Shown one piece after another: positions 27,364-39,035 of a stretch of DNA of 64,000 nt. Every line of letters starts with the position of its first letter. Position 1 is the first letter of the stretch. The DNA lies in the NCBI GenBank assembly GCA_900088475.1, contig FLMG01000265.1, forward strand, positions 1 to 64,000. Reading direction: 5' to 3'. Source of the stretch: Hyphochytrium catenoides (Eukaryota > Protista > Hyphochytriomycota). A program made the translations under genes and the position numbers. The notes below the pieces were generated by a model that was not told the origin of the DNA, ran no database searches, and worked only from the letters and a program-made list of their open reading frames with translations.

Positions 27364-28488
27364 CTCTCTCTCTCTCACTCCCTCTCTCTCTCTCTCTTGC
27401 TTCCTACGCGTGGACTCTTGCTTCCCACGCGTGGACTCTTGCTTCCCGTTCTCTCTGTCGTAAGATAAAGACTAGAGTATATTGACTAGTAGCAATTTTT
27501 TCCTTCTCTGACCCGAAGCCAGACTTCCCATCTGCACCACAGGCAGCCAAGGTACCTGCAGCTTCTGCTTTATCAACCGAAGAAAGTCTTTGGTTCTCCT
27601 CCTTGAGAAAGGTCATCGTCGCCTGCAAGTCCGATAGCTGCCAATGGGCTCGTAAGGACACTTGGAGTGCACCTCATTAGCAGTTCGTCTTCCTTGTCCT
27701 TCAATCCTACCTTCTTAGCAAACTGGCCCTCCATAGTCACTTTTTCTGACTGTCTCTTCGCCAAAAGCTCCGACTGCTTCTTGGTCTCCGCCTTAAGGTT
27801 CTCGCAGTTATTCCTCCATATCGAAAGCTCTGTCTGCAAATTGACAAAGGCGTCGACCTTCTGCTTGAGCAACGCCTTAGTTGTCTCATTGTCCATCAGC
27901 ACTGAATTCAGGCGTTGGACAAAATCTTCAGTTAGTGCGCGTTTGTCTGCATCCTGTTGTTCTAAGCGCTTCTGAAGTTGAGCATTAGCGGCCTTCAAGG
28001 TCTCCACCTCCCTATCATGGCTCTCTAGGCGCGCTGTCAGCGTATCGAGAAAGATATATGAGAGTTGGAAGAGTGAGAACCGGAAAAACGAGTTGCATTC
28101 TTCTGTCCAACATGCTATTTGTACCTAAGCTCTCAGAACTTCCCGGGGCCGATTCGCCGCTTGTCTTGATAGCTTTCTCTTTTGTAAGGGAACAAGAACC
28201 GGTCGCACGTGTTAAAAGGTCTACTTACTGCTCTGCTCTGACTTCTTAGGTGGCAATACCTTGTCGACTCTTTATCTCTTCCAGCTCATCTTCCAGCTGC
28301 TTGATCCGTATTTTCTGCTTCTTGAGGTGGACGACTAGCTGCTCCTTAGGGATGGAGGCTAGCCTCTGCGTAAGGACAAAGTGTTAGAGTGAAGGTCATT
28401 GCATCAATGAGTGATCTCCCTCCTTCTCAGACACATTTTCAATACTTCGAACCTGAGAAGCAGCGTCTCCTCCGTCTGCGCTCGCCAT
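15966..28488 (-). CDS. Giant coiled-coil golgin with C-terminal GRIP domain (GCC185-like), roughly 3,000 aa
   Basis: N-terminus MASADGGDAASQ|RLASIPKEQLVVHLKKQ resembles the GCC185 start (L..LPKEDL....KKQ). Long E/K/Q/L heptad ORFs (1214, 657, 290 aa) join in phase at GT-AG junctions. C-terminal GRIP YLKHVVYKYVQAQDAGEHLALLPVISQILKFS|PEE...GWTNSLW*. Confidence 0.8.
27316..27397. repeat. (CT)n microsatellite in a golgin intron, followed by a 21-bp tandem duplication (~27405-27447)
   Basis: Direct inspection. Confidence 0.9.
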
Positions 28489-28942
28489 GATCCGCTCTAT
28501 CTAAGAACGCTTCCCCGACGGGCTGCAGGTCGACTCCGTCTCGTTAGCCCATGAATCCGTTTAATCCACCTGACCCAGGGACGGGGCTCTAAGAGCCTAG
28601 GATCCACTACTAAAGACGCGTGGTGTCTCCTCCTACGTGCCCTGCGGCCGGCTCTGGTGCTGTGTGACGGTTGATGCTGTTGTTGAACGCGTTCTGATGT
28701 GGAACAGAGGAGGAAACTCACATCTTCACATCGGCTCTCTCGGCAGCTTGAAGCTTTTACTGAGCGTTAGCGGTACGGGAAGCGAACTTGAAGCGGCACC
28801 GCAACCTAGAGTTGGAAGAAAATCTTGTGGAGCTTCAGCCGCTGATGATCGGTGCTCGGGGGTAGGGTTGCTTTCAGAAGCGGCATTGCCACGTAGCTGC
28901 AGTTCCTGGTATCTCCAGAAACCTGAGCCATAGTACTGCACG

Positions 28943-31672
28943 ATGAGATATCTATCTTCCAGCTCCTTCTTCGGCTTATTGTTCTGGCCCGGCCTTGCTT
29001 GGGCGGCGAATAAGTCTCAGTATGCCAATGTTCAGGAGGTTGACGTGAAAGAAAGCTTGAAGCTCCTAACTTCCGTGCCACTGAAGTCTTTTGAACTGAA
29101 GTATGGCAGTTCCGCTGGCAGGCGCCATATTGGCTTCCAGGCTGAGGATGTTCAGGACAAGATTCCCGGCGGTGTCACTGAGATTCCTAGAGCTCATCTT
29201 CAGAACCCACTGCGGCCGCATAGAGGGGAGTCTACCCCTTCGGAGGGTGCGAGTGGGCCGTCGACCATGCACGTGGTGGATAATGGCCTTGTTTTATGGC
29301 ATACCGTTGGGGCGACTCAAGCGTTGAGCCAGCAGCATGAGGACATGTAAGCAGCTCACCTCATGGATGTCATCCATGAGAGCTTCACTAATACCGACCA
29401 TTAATCAAACTGAAGGCTCAATGATACTATGCGACTCAGTGCCGCTGTTCAGAAGCACACTGGTCAGATCCAGACAATATTTGGAGACCTAGAGATTCTG
29501 ACCACCACCACTGCCAACATAACCCGTCAGCTAACAGAGCAAGGCCAGTCTGCTGAAGAGAGAAGAAGGCTTATCGCCGAGCGCAGTGGACAGGTTCGTG
29601 AACCATGCTCATTCCTAACCTCCGCTGTGCTAACTCTGCTGGACTCTATAGCTCGCCCTATTCTCGGACTCAGGGGACTTTATAGGAGACCATTCTCTCA
29701 CGTATGATAATGGGACCTTGACCGTCTCCCATCTGTCCGGACACGTTGTAGAAGGAAACATTGATTATCAGCACCACCGAATGGCAAACGTTAACATCAG
29801 CGGCGGTACCCTCAGTGGCATTTCTACCCTTCGCTCAGACACCCTGTTTCTGTCAGGAAAGAGCTTCAGTTCGGGCGGCGTACTGACACTGGCTTCAGAT
29901 CAATCGGTCGTGATGGATAAAGAGTTCACTTTCAGCAATGGGACGCTCAAAACGCCGTATATTGCCTTCTCAGAGTTACACTCCAGCGTTGATTGCAAAG
30001 ATCACGAACTGCACGATGTGCGCCTCAGACGAGGAAGTGTAAAAGGTTTCTCTTCGGTAGAAACTGAGCAGCTACTCCTTCCATTGCAGATTACGGACTC
30101 CATCCCTGTCATCACTAAAGATGGCAAGCTCGGCACCTTTTCAGACCTTCAGTATCGCAATGGCACTCTGACTACTCAGACCGCTCAACTCAACAAGCTC
30201 TTAGGTGACATTGAGAGCGGCGAAGCGACTCTGAGAGCGCCGAAGATAATAGGGGGAAGCCTAAGCGGTGTTGCTAGGGTAGACACCAAGGCTTTGACAC
30301 TCTCCGACTTCAGGGCTGGGGGGGTTCTGCTTATCGGAAAAGCTGGCGCAGTATCTACAGAATCTGAGCTTCAATTTCAGAATCGCACTCTAATTGTCCC
30401 CCAGGCGGCCATCAAGCAACTTGCAGGAGACTTGGACGCAGCAGGGCGCGTCATACTTGGACCTATTGTTCGAGGTGGATCAATAGAAGAGGCTGCAGGC
30501 GTCGCCGCCAGGAAGTTTACTCTATTAGGCGGTGAGAAAGGGGAAGGTGGGCTAATATTTTTAGGCAAGAATGGGGAAATGCAAGTGTCGCCAGACATTC
30601 AGATCAAAGAGGATGGGCTAATTAGTGCTCCGTCACTGGCACTTAAGAGACTAGAGGCGCCTCTTGACTTTAACAGTCAGCCCCTATCCAACGTGAACAT
30701 AGTGGGCGAATCTAAAGCAGAGCTTATGCTTTTGCGCGTCAACCAGCTTTCGGTAGCATCTCTCCGTGATGGAGAGGTGCTATTTGGAGTTGATGCCGGG
30801 GACGGAACCACCCAGACGGGCTCACACAAGTCGCTACGTTTCATCGATGGGATCCTTGAAGCGCCAAAGCTATCTGGACATCACGTGACCGGGCCGGTCG
30901 AGTTTGAAGGAAATTTGCTGGAGAATGCGGCCATACGAGGAGGATCAGCCGCCGGTCTCACTTCGCTGTCCACTGATGCTCTTTCGATAACTTCTTCGGC
31001 AGCTCAACCGGGACGTATCTCCTTCTTTGACGAACGGCGAGAGCTGACAGCTTCTGAGCTGCTAGTCTTTAATGACGCTACTCTAAGTGTGCCAAATTTG
31101 AAAGTCCGCGAGGTACAATCATCAGTAGACTTCAAGAACAACCGGCTGACAAATGTCAATATTGTCAATGGCAAAGTGACTGCAAGTTCGCTGACTTCCA
31201 CGGTCCTGGCGGTGGAAGATGATGTAAATATAGGAGGTTCCCTTATGGTGCGCGGCTCCGTTATGGGCTCGGGGCCGTACACTGACACCTCCGATGGCCG
31301 ATTTAAAGAGAACATTGAAGGTCTCGAATCCCCGCTGGAAAAGTTGCTTGAGCTTCGTGGCGTAAGTGCTTGAATCTATATCTACGCACTGCTATCACTC
31401 ACCGTTCCTGTCTCTCGACCTAGGTTACTTATGACTGGAAACCGTCTACAGGCCTGCTCCGTACCGCGCATGGAGCAAGGCGGCAGCTGGGGTTTGTTGC
31501 TCAAGAGGTCGAGAAGCACATTCCAGAAGTGGTTTACACGGATGAAAAGGGGCACAAGTCAATAGCTTACGCCAGAATAGTCCCAGTACTTGTTGAAGGT
31601 ATTAAGGAGCTGCAGCTGCAGATCGACGCAATGAAACGAGAACTGGATACTCTAAAGTCTTCAATGCGGTAA
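28943..31672 (+). CDS. Secreted beta-repeat fibre protein with N-terminal degenerate and C-terminal intact peptidase S74 (intramolecular chaperone autoprocessing) domains; 846 aa, 4 exons
   Basis: Exons 28943-29346, 29416-29593, 29652-31361 and 31424-31672 splice in frame. Signal-like MRYLSSSSFFGLLFWPGLAWA. N-terminal ICA-like NVQEVD...HIGFQAEDVQDKIPGGV...VVDNGLVLWHTVGATQAL. ~75-aa repeats. C-terminal TSDGRFKENI...LRG|VTYDWK...LGFVAQEVEKHIPEVV...IAYARIVPVLVEGIKEL plus coiled coil. Confidence 0.88.
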
Positions 31673-31920
31673 CTGTTAAGCACTAAAGAAGACAAATTCA
31701 GCCATACTCCCACGCGTTAATCTGAATACGACGACTGCCGGCGTAATGGCAGTTGCCTTAAGCGATCAAAGCCTATGCGAATCTAGGAGCAGGAAGTATA
31801 TGTCAGGGAGTCATCTTGAATGTGTCCAGCATTAGGGCATGGAGCTTTCCCTTCTGGCCTTAGCCATCGCAGTCCTGACAAGACCACCGATCTTCTCCTG
31901 CTTTCGCCGATGGACTGCCT

Positions 31921-32679
31921 TCAGGGCCGCCTCCCTCTTTAGAATTGATGGCTTCTTGTACACCTTGGGTGGTGCATTGTTGGTTAGTATCGGCTATTTT
32001 GTTGGCCAGAGTGTCAACTTACCTTTGGAGCTTCGTCCTGCTCGTAGTCGAGCCTTGGGCCAAGCACCCTCCGAACTTTCTTATAGTATATCTTCACCAG
32101 GGTGACAACAAGAGGATTAGACCAGTATTAGAGGATTAGACCAATATTACTTTAGCCCAATACTACCAAGCGTGTGGCAACCACAGTAAGAAGTATGGAT
32201 GATAAGAAAGAGAGAATCCAACGAAGTTCGATAGTATTGAGAGAGACTAATGGCACCGGAAGACTTATTACCTCTTCTTCAATAGGAAACAAGTCTTCGT
32301 CTAGATCATCCTCCTCCCCTTCCTCTTCATCTTCAACATCTTTCTCTCCCAAAAGGTCATCTTTCTCATCATCGAATCCAAAGTGGCCGACATCGGAGCC
32401 ACCAAAAAAGTCCTTCCATAAGGCGACTGCGGTTTCTTCATCGCAATCGAGTATGGATTGTACTCTCTCCAAGCTTGCGCCCCGACGATGGGCCTCAAGC
32501 GCTATTTCTTCCCGTGGGAGTAGTAAACTATAGGGATCTTCCAATCCGAGGTTGTGGATTCCCATTATAGTATAACTCCGGATGAGCTGGGCTCTCTGTC
32601 CTTGAGACGAACAGGCTACCTGCGCAGGATACGCAAGCGGCCTCGCCAGTCTTCTGCAAATATGCCGTGAGGCCTGCAT
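31921..32679 (-). CDS. Hypothetical protein, probable mitochondrial presequence, acidic tract; 3 exons
   Basis: MQASRHICRRLARPLA... is Arg-rich and lacks acidic residues. D/E-rich tract. Spliced end IYYKKVRRVLGPRLDYEQDEAPK|VYKKPSILRGRRP*. Confidence 0.55.
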
Positions 32680-33509
32680 GTTTACGTTTGCTAGACTTAG
32701 CAACGTGTCAGTAAGAAGGTTGCAGATGCCAATCTGGGTTTCCTTCACTGTCAGGAAGACATCTGGGAAGCTGCTTCATAAAGCTTGACAGGCTTCTTTG
32801 TCTTCCACCCTTCGATGAGACTCCTAGAACTGCAATCCATAACAAAAGTCATTTTATTGGCGCTTTTTCAGCGGCGCTATTCGCCATCAAGTTGACGCAA
32901 AGATCACAACCGAGATCAGCACCTGCTATCCCTTATGATAACTAGCCCTGGTGCTAGTATTTGCATATTGATCTTTAGGCCTTTTATTACCCTCTGAAAA
33001 CACCCATAAAGTAAGCCATAATTAATTAGTTCTAGGGAGTTTTACAGAGGAAGCTCTATCATGCGACTGTACAATTGTCACTGCCTCTCGAAGCTCGAAA
33101 AGAAATAATTCTATCAAGGGGGAAATAAAGGTGGAAGCTGTGAGGGACGATCCTACGCGCTCAACCTTGAAGGCTTACATGACTGAGGCACAACCCAAGA
33201 GACGAATACCTTCTAATAAGAGACTCAGAAAAAGCTCTCACTAGGTTGCCAGCCATCAACGGTAACCTGGCTTTTCTATGCTTGCTCTCGAAAGCCCATG
33301 TCACACATTGATCTAGGGTAAGGGAGGATGAAGAAAAAGACCTCTCTGTGAACAATACCCAATGCCGTCGTGGCCTCCCATTATCGCGGCATGTGTTGAT
33401 AGAGGGTCAGCCATCTCGCCATAACTTCAAGCGATGAACGCTGCGATGCCATGTCGTAGTAATACAAAGGGGTTGTTGGCTGTATTTCTAATTGCTTTAG
33501 CACTTGAGA

Positions 33510-34370
33510 AGCGGTGTGCTTCGAGCCAAACCCTATGGAAAGCCCAGCTCCTACCTTCTTCTACGTACCTGCCTGCCAAGGAGATAACTACCAGCTTCAA
33601 AGTTCCCGCTATTTGTTTGGAAGATCATCTTGCGCAGCGATATTTGTCTTCATCAAGGACGAAGATGTGTCACAGCGCTTTGAATCCTTTGTTCAGGAAC
33701 TGCTCCATACTTATGAAGCTAACCACGCACTGTAAGTCAGTAGAGCTATCGCTGGAACTACTACTCGATTGCAGTGTTCTTATTGCCTTGTGAGTAGGTC
33801 CTAATGTAGAGTATCAACTACCTGTACTTAGCTATGCTAGCCTCCGACAAGCTCTCTTGCACGATGCTCAGGTCAGTCAGACGCTAGATGAAGCGAGGCT
33901 GTCCACATGGCGAGTAGTTCTCCTATGGGACGAAAACGCTTACCTAAGTATCCAGGCCAAGAAGGTGGTGGAAGCAGGTAAGGTGTTGAAGCCCTTCAAG
34001 TCTAGAAGAGTCTCTGATGGAGGGTTTGGATATCGTTCTGCAGTTGCTCCAATTCTCCCTTCCATTGGGTTCAGCTCAATATTGGAAACAAGCACGACGC
34101 TCTTTTATCTCTCCGCCTACCACTTGAGTGGAGTACCGTGCATTCTTCTCTTCAGAAATGGTGCCTACGTGAACACCTACCATGCATTCGGCAGTAGATC
34201 GTTGATAGATCTTCTCGTCCGGCTGACAGGCAACAAACCTGCTTCCGTGCTATTCGACACAGAGGAAGGCACAACAAGAGGGAAAGTCCAGGAAGCATCA
34301 AAGCGAAGGGGAAACGTGCGACAGGACCAAGCAGAGAATCCTCTATTTAGTATAAGCTTTGTCATGGCTA
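33510..34370 (+). CDS. Thioredoxin-fold protein lacking CxxC (TXNDC15/APR-like); start uncertain, 3' end runs into gap
   Basis: AAIFVFIKDEDVSQRFESFVQEL...LSAYHLSGVPCILLFRNGAYVNTY...LIDLLVRLTGNKP matches the C-terminal half of a thioredoxin fold (cis-Pro loop VP, ILLF.NG). Confidence 0.5.
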
Positions 34371-34513
34371 NNNNNNNNNNNNNNNNNNNNNNNNNNNNNN
34401 NNNNNNNNNNNNNNNNNNNNNNNNNNNNNNNNNNNNNNNNNNNNNNNNNNNNNNNNNNNNNNNNNNNNNNNNNNNNNNNNNNNNNNNNNNNNNNNNNNNN
34501 NNNNNNNNNNNNN
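34371..34513. other. Assembly gap (N run)
   Basis: Run of n. Confidence 1.
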
Positions 34514-34651
34514 CCTACCATTCGTTCCTACGCTAATAAGTATAGTATAACCCTACTTCTATCTCTAATCTGCCATGGAAATGAAAGGAAGAGGCCAACC
34601 ATCTCCTAGGAACGTCTTCTCACGGAGCCCACAAGAACTAAGCAAGGAGTG

Positions 34652-35803
34652 CTAAGCAGCTTCAGAAGGCCTGCCGCCAGGCCCAGGGTCGCCTTGATCG
34701 TCTATCGAAGAGGAGGCGTCTCCAGATAACCTTCTTCTCTTAGGATGAACAGGCCATCGCGTGATGCCGTTCTTCCGACATATTTTACGCAGACCCGAGA
34801 GTGAGAGGTTATAGTACTCGGCGACCTGCTCCATGGGCTTTCCAAACTGGGACTCGAGCTCTTCTCTAGTTATCTTCTTGACTACCTGTCGGCCCTGCCA
34901 GTGCGGCCACCGCTTGATGCCGTTTTTCCTACAGATACGTTTTAATAAATACATGGGGATCCCGAACTCCTTGGCTACTTCGGGCAGCGGCTTGTGAAAG
35001 TGCTTTCGGAGATCATCATACGAGATATCTTGCACCAGCTGACCTCCTCTTTGGCCTTTCCATTGCTGGTCGGAACTGCCAGCTGCGGCGGAAGAAGTCC
35101 TATGTAAGGTATGATGACTTTCCGTCACGACGCTCTCATCGCCCTCGCTTTCTTCCAACTCCTCATCCTCATCATCTGGAATATCCACCCCCGAGGGAGA
35201 TGAAGTGCTACTTCTCTGCCGTTTTTTTAGCATGCTAGACCAGGGTTTTATAGCAAGCTCTCGAACGTCGCTAGACGGCTGAGGAAGCGCTTGGTTGGGC
35301 GAGGTTTTTTTGTCATGATGAGTCCCTCCGCGCGACTGCTCGTCTCCTCTCGCGTTGCGCGACTCATCTGGGGGCTCTGAAGATAGAAGCGCTGATATCC
35401 GCATAAGGTCAACGGACCTTCGTCCGGGCTCACTGCCTGCAACGTCAGTTTCCTCAATCTTTCCAGCAACAGCTGCATCCTCCGTCCTAGACCGAGGAGG
35501 ACATGATAATCTTGACCTTTGCCATGGAGGCTGGAGCACAATCCTCGGAAGTCCAGGGATCTTATCGGTTACCACTGCACCAAGCCTAGATGCGGCTGCC
35601 ATAGGAGACGTGGAGGTTGAAGATGCAGAGCACGTGTCTTCAGAAGGTTCATCCTCCTCCAGCTTTGAACCGCTAGAAGACTTGTATCCACCTATTGTCA
35701 CATGCTCCTGTTGCGCTGCTATCGATATGCCCATACTCCCTTCATCCCTTTTACTCATGCTGACAAGTCGCTGTGCCTCGTCATCCTTCATAGCGCGGCT
35801 CAT
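34652..35803 (-). CDS. RWP-RK transcription factor with two tandem RWP-RK domains
   Basis: ISYDDLRKHFHKPLPEVAKEFGIPMYLLKRICRKNGIKRWPHWQ and ITREELESQFGKPMEQVAEYYNLSLSGLRKICRKNGITRWPVHPKRRR lie in one uninterrupted ORF. First ATG is at 35803; an upstream exon is possible. Confidence 0.9.
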   Translation of the reverse strand: MSRAMKDDEAQRLVSMSKRDEGSMGISIAAQQEHVTIGGYKSSSGSKLEEDEPSEDTCSASSTSTSPMAAASRLGAVVTDKIPGLPRIVLQPPWQRSRLSCPPRSRTEDAAVAGKIEETDVAGSEPGRRSVDLMRISALLSSEPPDESRNARGDEQSRGGTHHDKKTSPNQALPQPSSDVRELAIKPWSSMLKKRQRSSTSSPSGVDIPDDEDEELEESEGDESVVTESHHTLHRTSSAAAGSSDQQWKGQRGGQLVQDISYDDLRKHFHKPLPEVAKEFGIPMYLLKRICRKNGIKRWPHWQGRQVVKKITREELESQFGKPMEQVAEYYNLSLSGLRKICRKNGITRWPVHPKRRRLSGDASSSIDDQGDPGPGGRPSEAA

Positions 35804-37547
35804 AATGGTCCGGCATGACAACTACGCTGTCTCGTCCTACACACGTTGGGCATTTGCGCAAGACATCTTTCTTTAGTGCAGATGCCCACTATTGGCGATA
35901 GAATAGCCGCCTCACCCGCCCAGCTGGGCCCTCCAATCGTCAGAATGACATTGAACTACTGAAGCCAAGTGAGAGAAGCTACTCCAAAGTTCGTCTTGCC
36001 GATCCTTCTCTCAATATTTCTACCGTCCATCAAAGGATCTCTTGAGGTCTGATTTTTTCTCTGTCCTTCTACTACTACGTCTTTCTCCGAGTACATTCCC
36101 GCCCGCCCAGGAGAGTATGGAGCAGCTTCTGGTGAGCTCACCCTGTCATGTACAACCACCCGCCCTTCTCGCGCAGCTTCGCAGCTTTTAGTAAGGCTGT
36201 TGGATGAAGAGTACTCTTTTTCTTGGGGTTGGCACCATGTTTTCCGCTTGTTCTGTCCGCGTCGTTCCTTCTCATAGTAACTTCCCTGTTGTCGTTCAAG
36301 TGGCCTCTTTTGCTCTCTGTCTTCGAGCTTGTTCTACTCACTTCCCCTTCTATGGTCTCTCTCCTTGGTCACTGCCCCACTAAGGTACAAAGCGACAAGA
36401 CAGCAGAAAATGTTGGGAGAGGGAAGGGTGGACAGATAGATCGTCCAAAGATATGACTGTGTGCGAGGAGGAAGGGAAGACAGGACAAAGCGAGGAGGTG
36501 GAGAGACGGACAGAGGGTAGAGAAAGGCGGGAGGAAGGGAGAAAGATGGTTTGAGAGCGAGCGCGAGAGAAACGGCTAGAGAAAGATGTCAAGCCTCCTC
36601 CATAGAGTCACAGGGCGGGAAGAAAAAGTGTAGCAAAGAGCCGTGGAAGGTTTTGATCTCTCTATCTCCCTCCTCCTCCTCCTCCCTGGTCCGTCGTCTC
36701 TCCCACATCAAGCTCCGACGTAAACTTTGTCAAGTGCAAGAAAAGAGGGGGCCAAAGGAGGAGAGTCATGGAGAAATTTTTACCTTGAACTGTGCCTTTT
36801 AGCGCTATATAAAAACCACAATATTCTTCTCTGTCTCCGTATCTCTCCCGAGATGATGGATGTAGTTAACAGTAATCTGTCTCGTACAGAGCATATCTCT
36901 ACCTCTTCCTTGGGCCTAACTTGTTTGGGTTTGCCGCTCGAAAAGGGCGCATTTGGTGTAAATTAGTTCCTTTAATTGACTTCAAATAGGTAAATGGTCC
37001 TCGTCTTCCATCATTAATCTTTCCCACGTGTAATAAGAGACTATTGCCTCTTACTGCCTAACCTCAGATATTCGTTCTTGCTGTTGACAAAGATGACCTA
37101 TAGACTCTGCTATTCTTATTACTCTTGGGCTCTATTATGGGCCTAAGACAGAGTACTGTAGAGGTTGACCTGAAGGGAACAGCATGCTGGTTCCAAGCTA
37201 CAGTACAGCTGAAGGAGATGATGAAGGACAGGGGGAGAGCGTCCAAACCTCGGTCATTGGACGCACCAGCGAAGATTGGACAAGGCCATAACTTTGCATC
37301 TTAGGGAAGTGACGCGACAAGAAACATTGCTTCAGTTGGTAACTTTACTGAAACCTTCCGTAACCGGCCCTCCAGTCTATAGCTTGAAACGTTTCGAATA
37401 ACCTATTCTTGCAGGTTTAGGGCTTGGCTAGCTGTATTACTGAACCCAAGGATGAAAGAAATTTCTACGATGGGTGGGGATGGAAGGAAGCAGAGGAGAG
37501 AAGAGCAAGCCCAGGACCAAAGAGACACCAAGAGGAATGGCTGCGGG

Positions 37548-37572
37548 TCTTTTCTCTCTCTTCTTTCTTTCT

Positions 37573-37609
<37 letters not shown>

Positions 37610-37653
37610 NNNNNNNNNNNNNNNNNNNNNNNNNNNNNNNNNNNNNNNCTCTA

Positions 37654-37692
<39 letters not shown>

Positions 37693-37740
37693 CTTTCTCT
37701 CTCTCTCCTTCTCTTTTTGTGTCTCTTTCTCTCTCTTCGA
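37548..37740. repeat. (CT)n/(CTAT) microsatellite around an N gap (37610-37648)
   Basis: Direct inspection. Confidence 0.9.
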
Positions 37741-39035
37741 TATCTACCTCGCTCTCCCTTTCGGGTCGCCTTGTCTCCCGCCCTATCCCAGACATCTTCA
37801 AGAGTTGTCTGCCCTCTCAGATCCACTCCTTGTCCTGCCTAGCAGCTTCAAAATCCCCTCTTAGGACTGCCCTTACCAGTAGCATACTACCTTTACCTTT
37901 AGATGAGGAGTTCATGGCTTCATGGCGAACAGAACCGACACATGTGTCGTCCCTCTCATCCTCCTGCCAACACAGCCTTGTCGTCTCCTTGATCTCTCTC
38001 AGAGATCTACCGGTACAGAGATAAGAAGAACAGACAGTAGAAATGTCGTCCATTGCGGCTTGAGGAACACGACAAAGATCAAGACGGCACCATCGGCTGG
38101 TACTTGTCGGCTTGTCTGTCTGCAAAAGGTATAGTATAGATACAGCAGGATCAAAGATTTTTCATGTCGCTCCACGGTTGTAAACGCGGTGCTCAATAAA
38201 GGTACTACTCTCTTCATAGTCTCGACTCTCCTGCTTCTGTCTGCTTTGCGTAGAGCATCGTCAAGCATAGGCATACCAGGAAGGAGCCTCCGTCACTATG
38301 CTCTTGGTACTGCTACCTACTCTACTCGTCCACATGCATCCATGAAGATGGAGATGCAGTGCCGCCCGTCGCTAGCGTACGCTTTGAAAGTACTATTTAT
38401 TCTGCATTGGTTATTTACTTTTGTGAAGGGACCTATCCTCAGTGTATGAGGCACGGAAAGTCGTTGATCAGTCTCCACATCCTTAGGTGAGATTGTCCTC
38501 ATCACGTCGCTTCGTTGTCTATTTCAGCTCAGGCAAGGACACTGGCTTCGTGTATACGAGGAGCCTTATTAACAAGACTGTCTTTGTGAAAATTGAAGGG
38601 CAGTCCATACTTCTAAGACAGCACGATTCACCTGACACAATTCTAGACCTTTCATGCCACGTCCGCCTTCTCCTCTCCCCAAGCTTGGGATTGCTTTCCT
38701 CTATTGCGCTAGAAATACGTCATCAATAGTAAGACGGAATGTGATCTTCTATTCTGCCCCAAGTCCAGATAAAGCAGCGGCATGGGGAAGGTGGACAAGG
38801 TGAAAGTCTGAACGCATCTGTCATCTAAACTTTTTCAAGGAAGTATACAAAAATTTGGTTTGAACTTTCTAGTGTTGACCGTTCGCGCTTAATGAATGCT
38901 TTCTATGTCATGGAGCTTCAGATGTGGGCTGCAGACTCTGCCTGATGACAACTGATACTTTGGAGGCGAAGGTTCATTATTACTGGCTGAGAGGACAATG
39001 CCCTACAAATATTGACTTTGATCACTGTCATTAAC

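Noticed and set aside
17132-27975. Many + strand Ser/Phe/Cys-rich ORFs
   Set aside because: Antisense shadows of the E/K-rich golgin coding strand.
37424-38024. ORFs with LSLSLS runs (also 44422-44821 and 49993-50718)
   Set aside because: Translations of CT/GA microsatellites, low-complexity DNA and N gaps.
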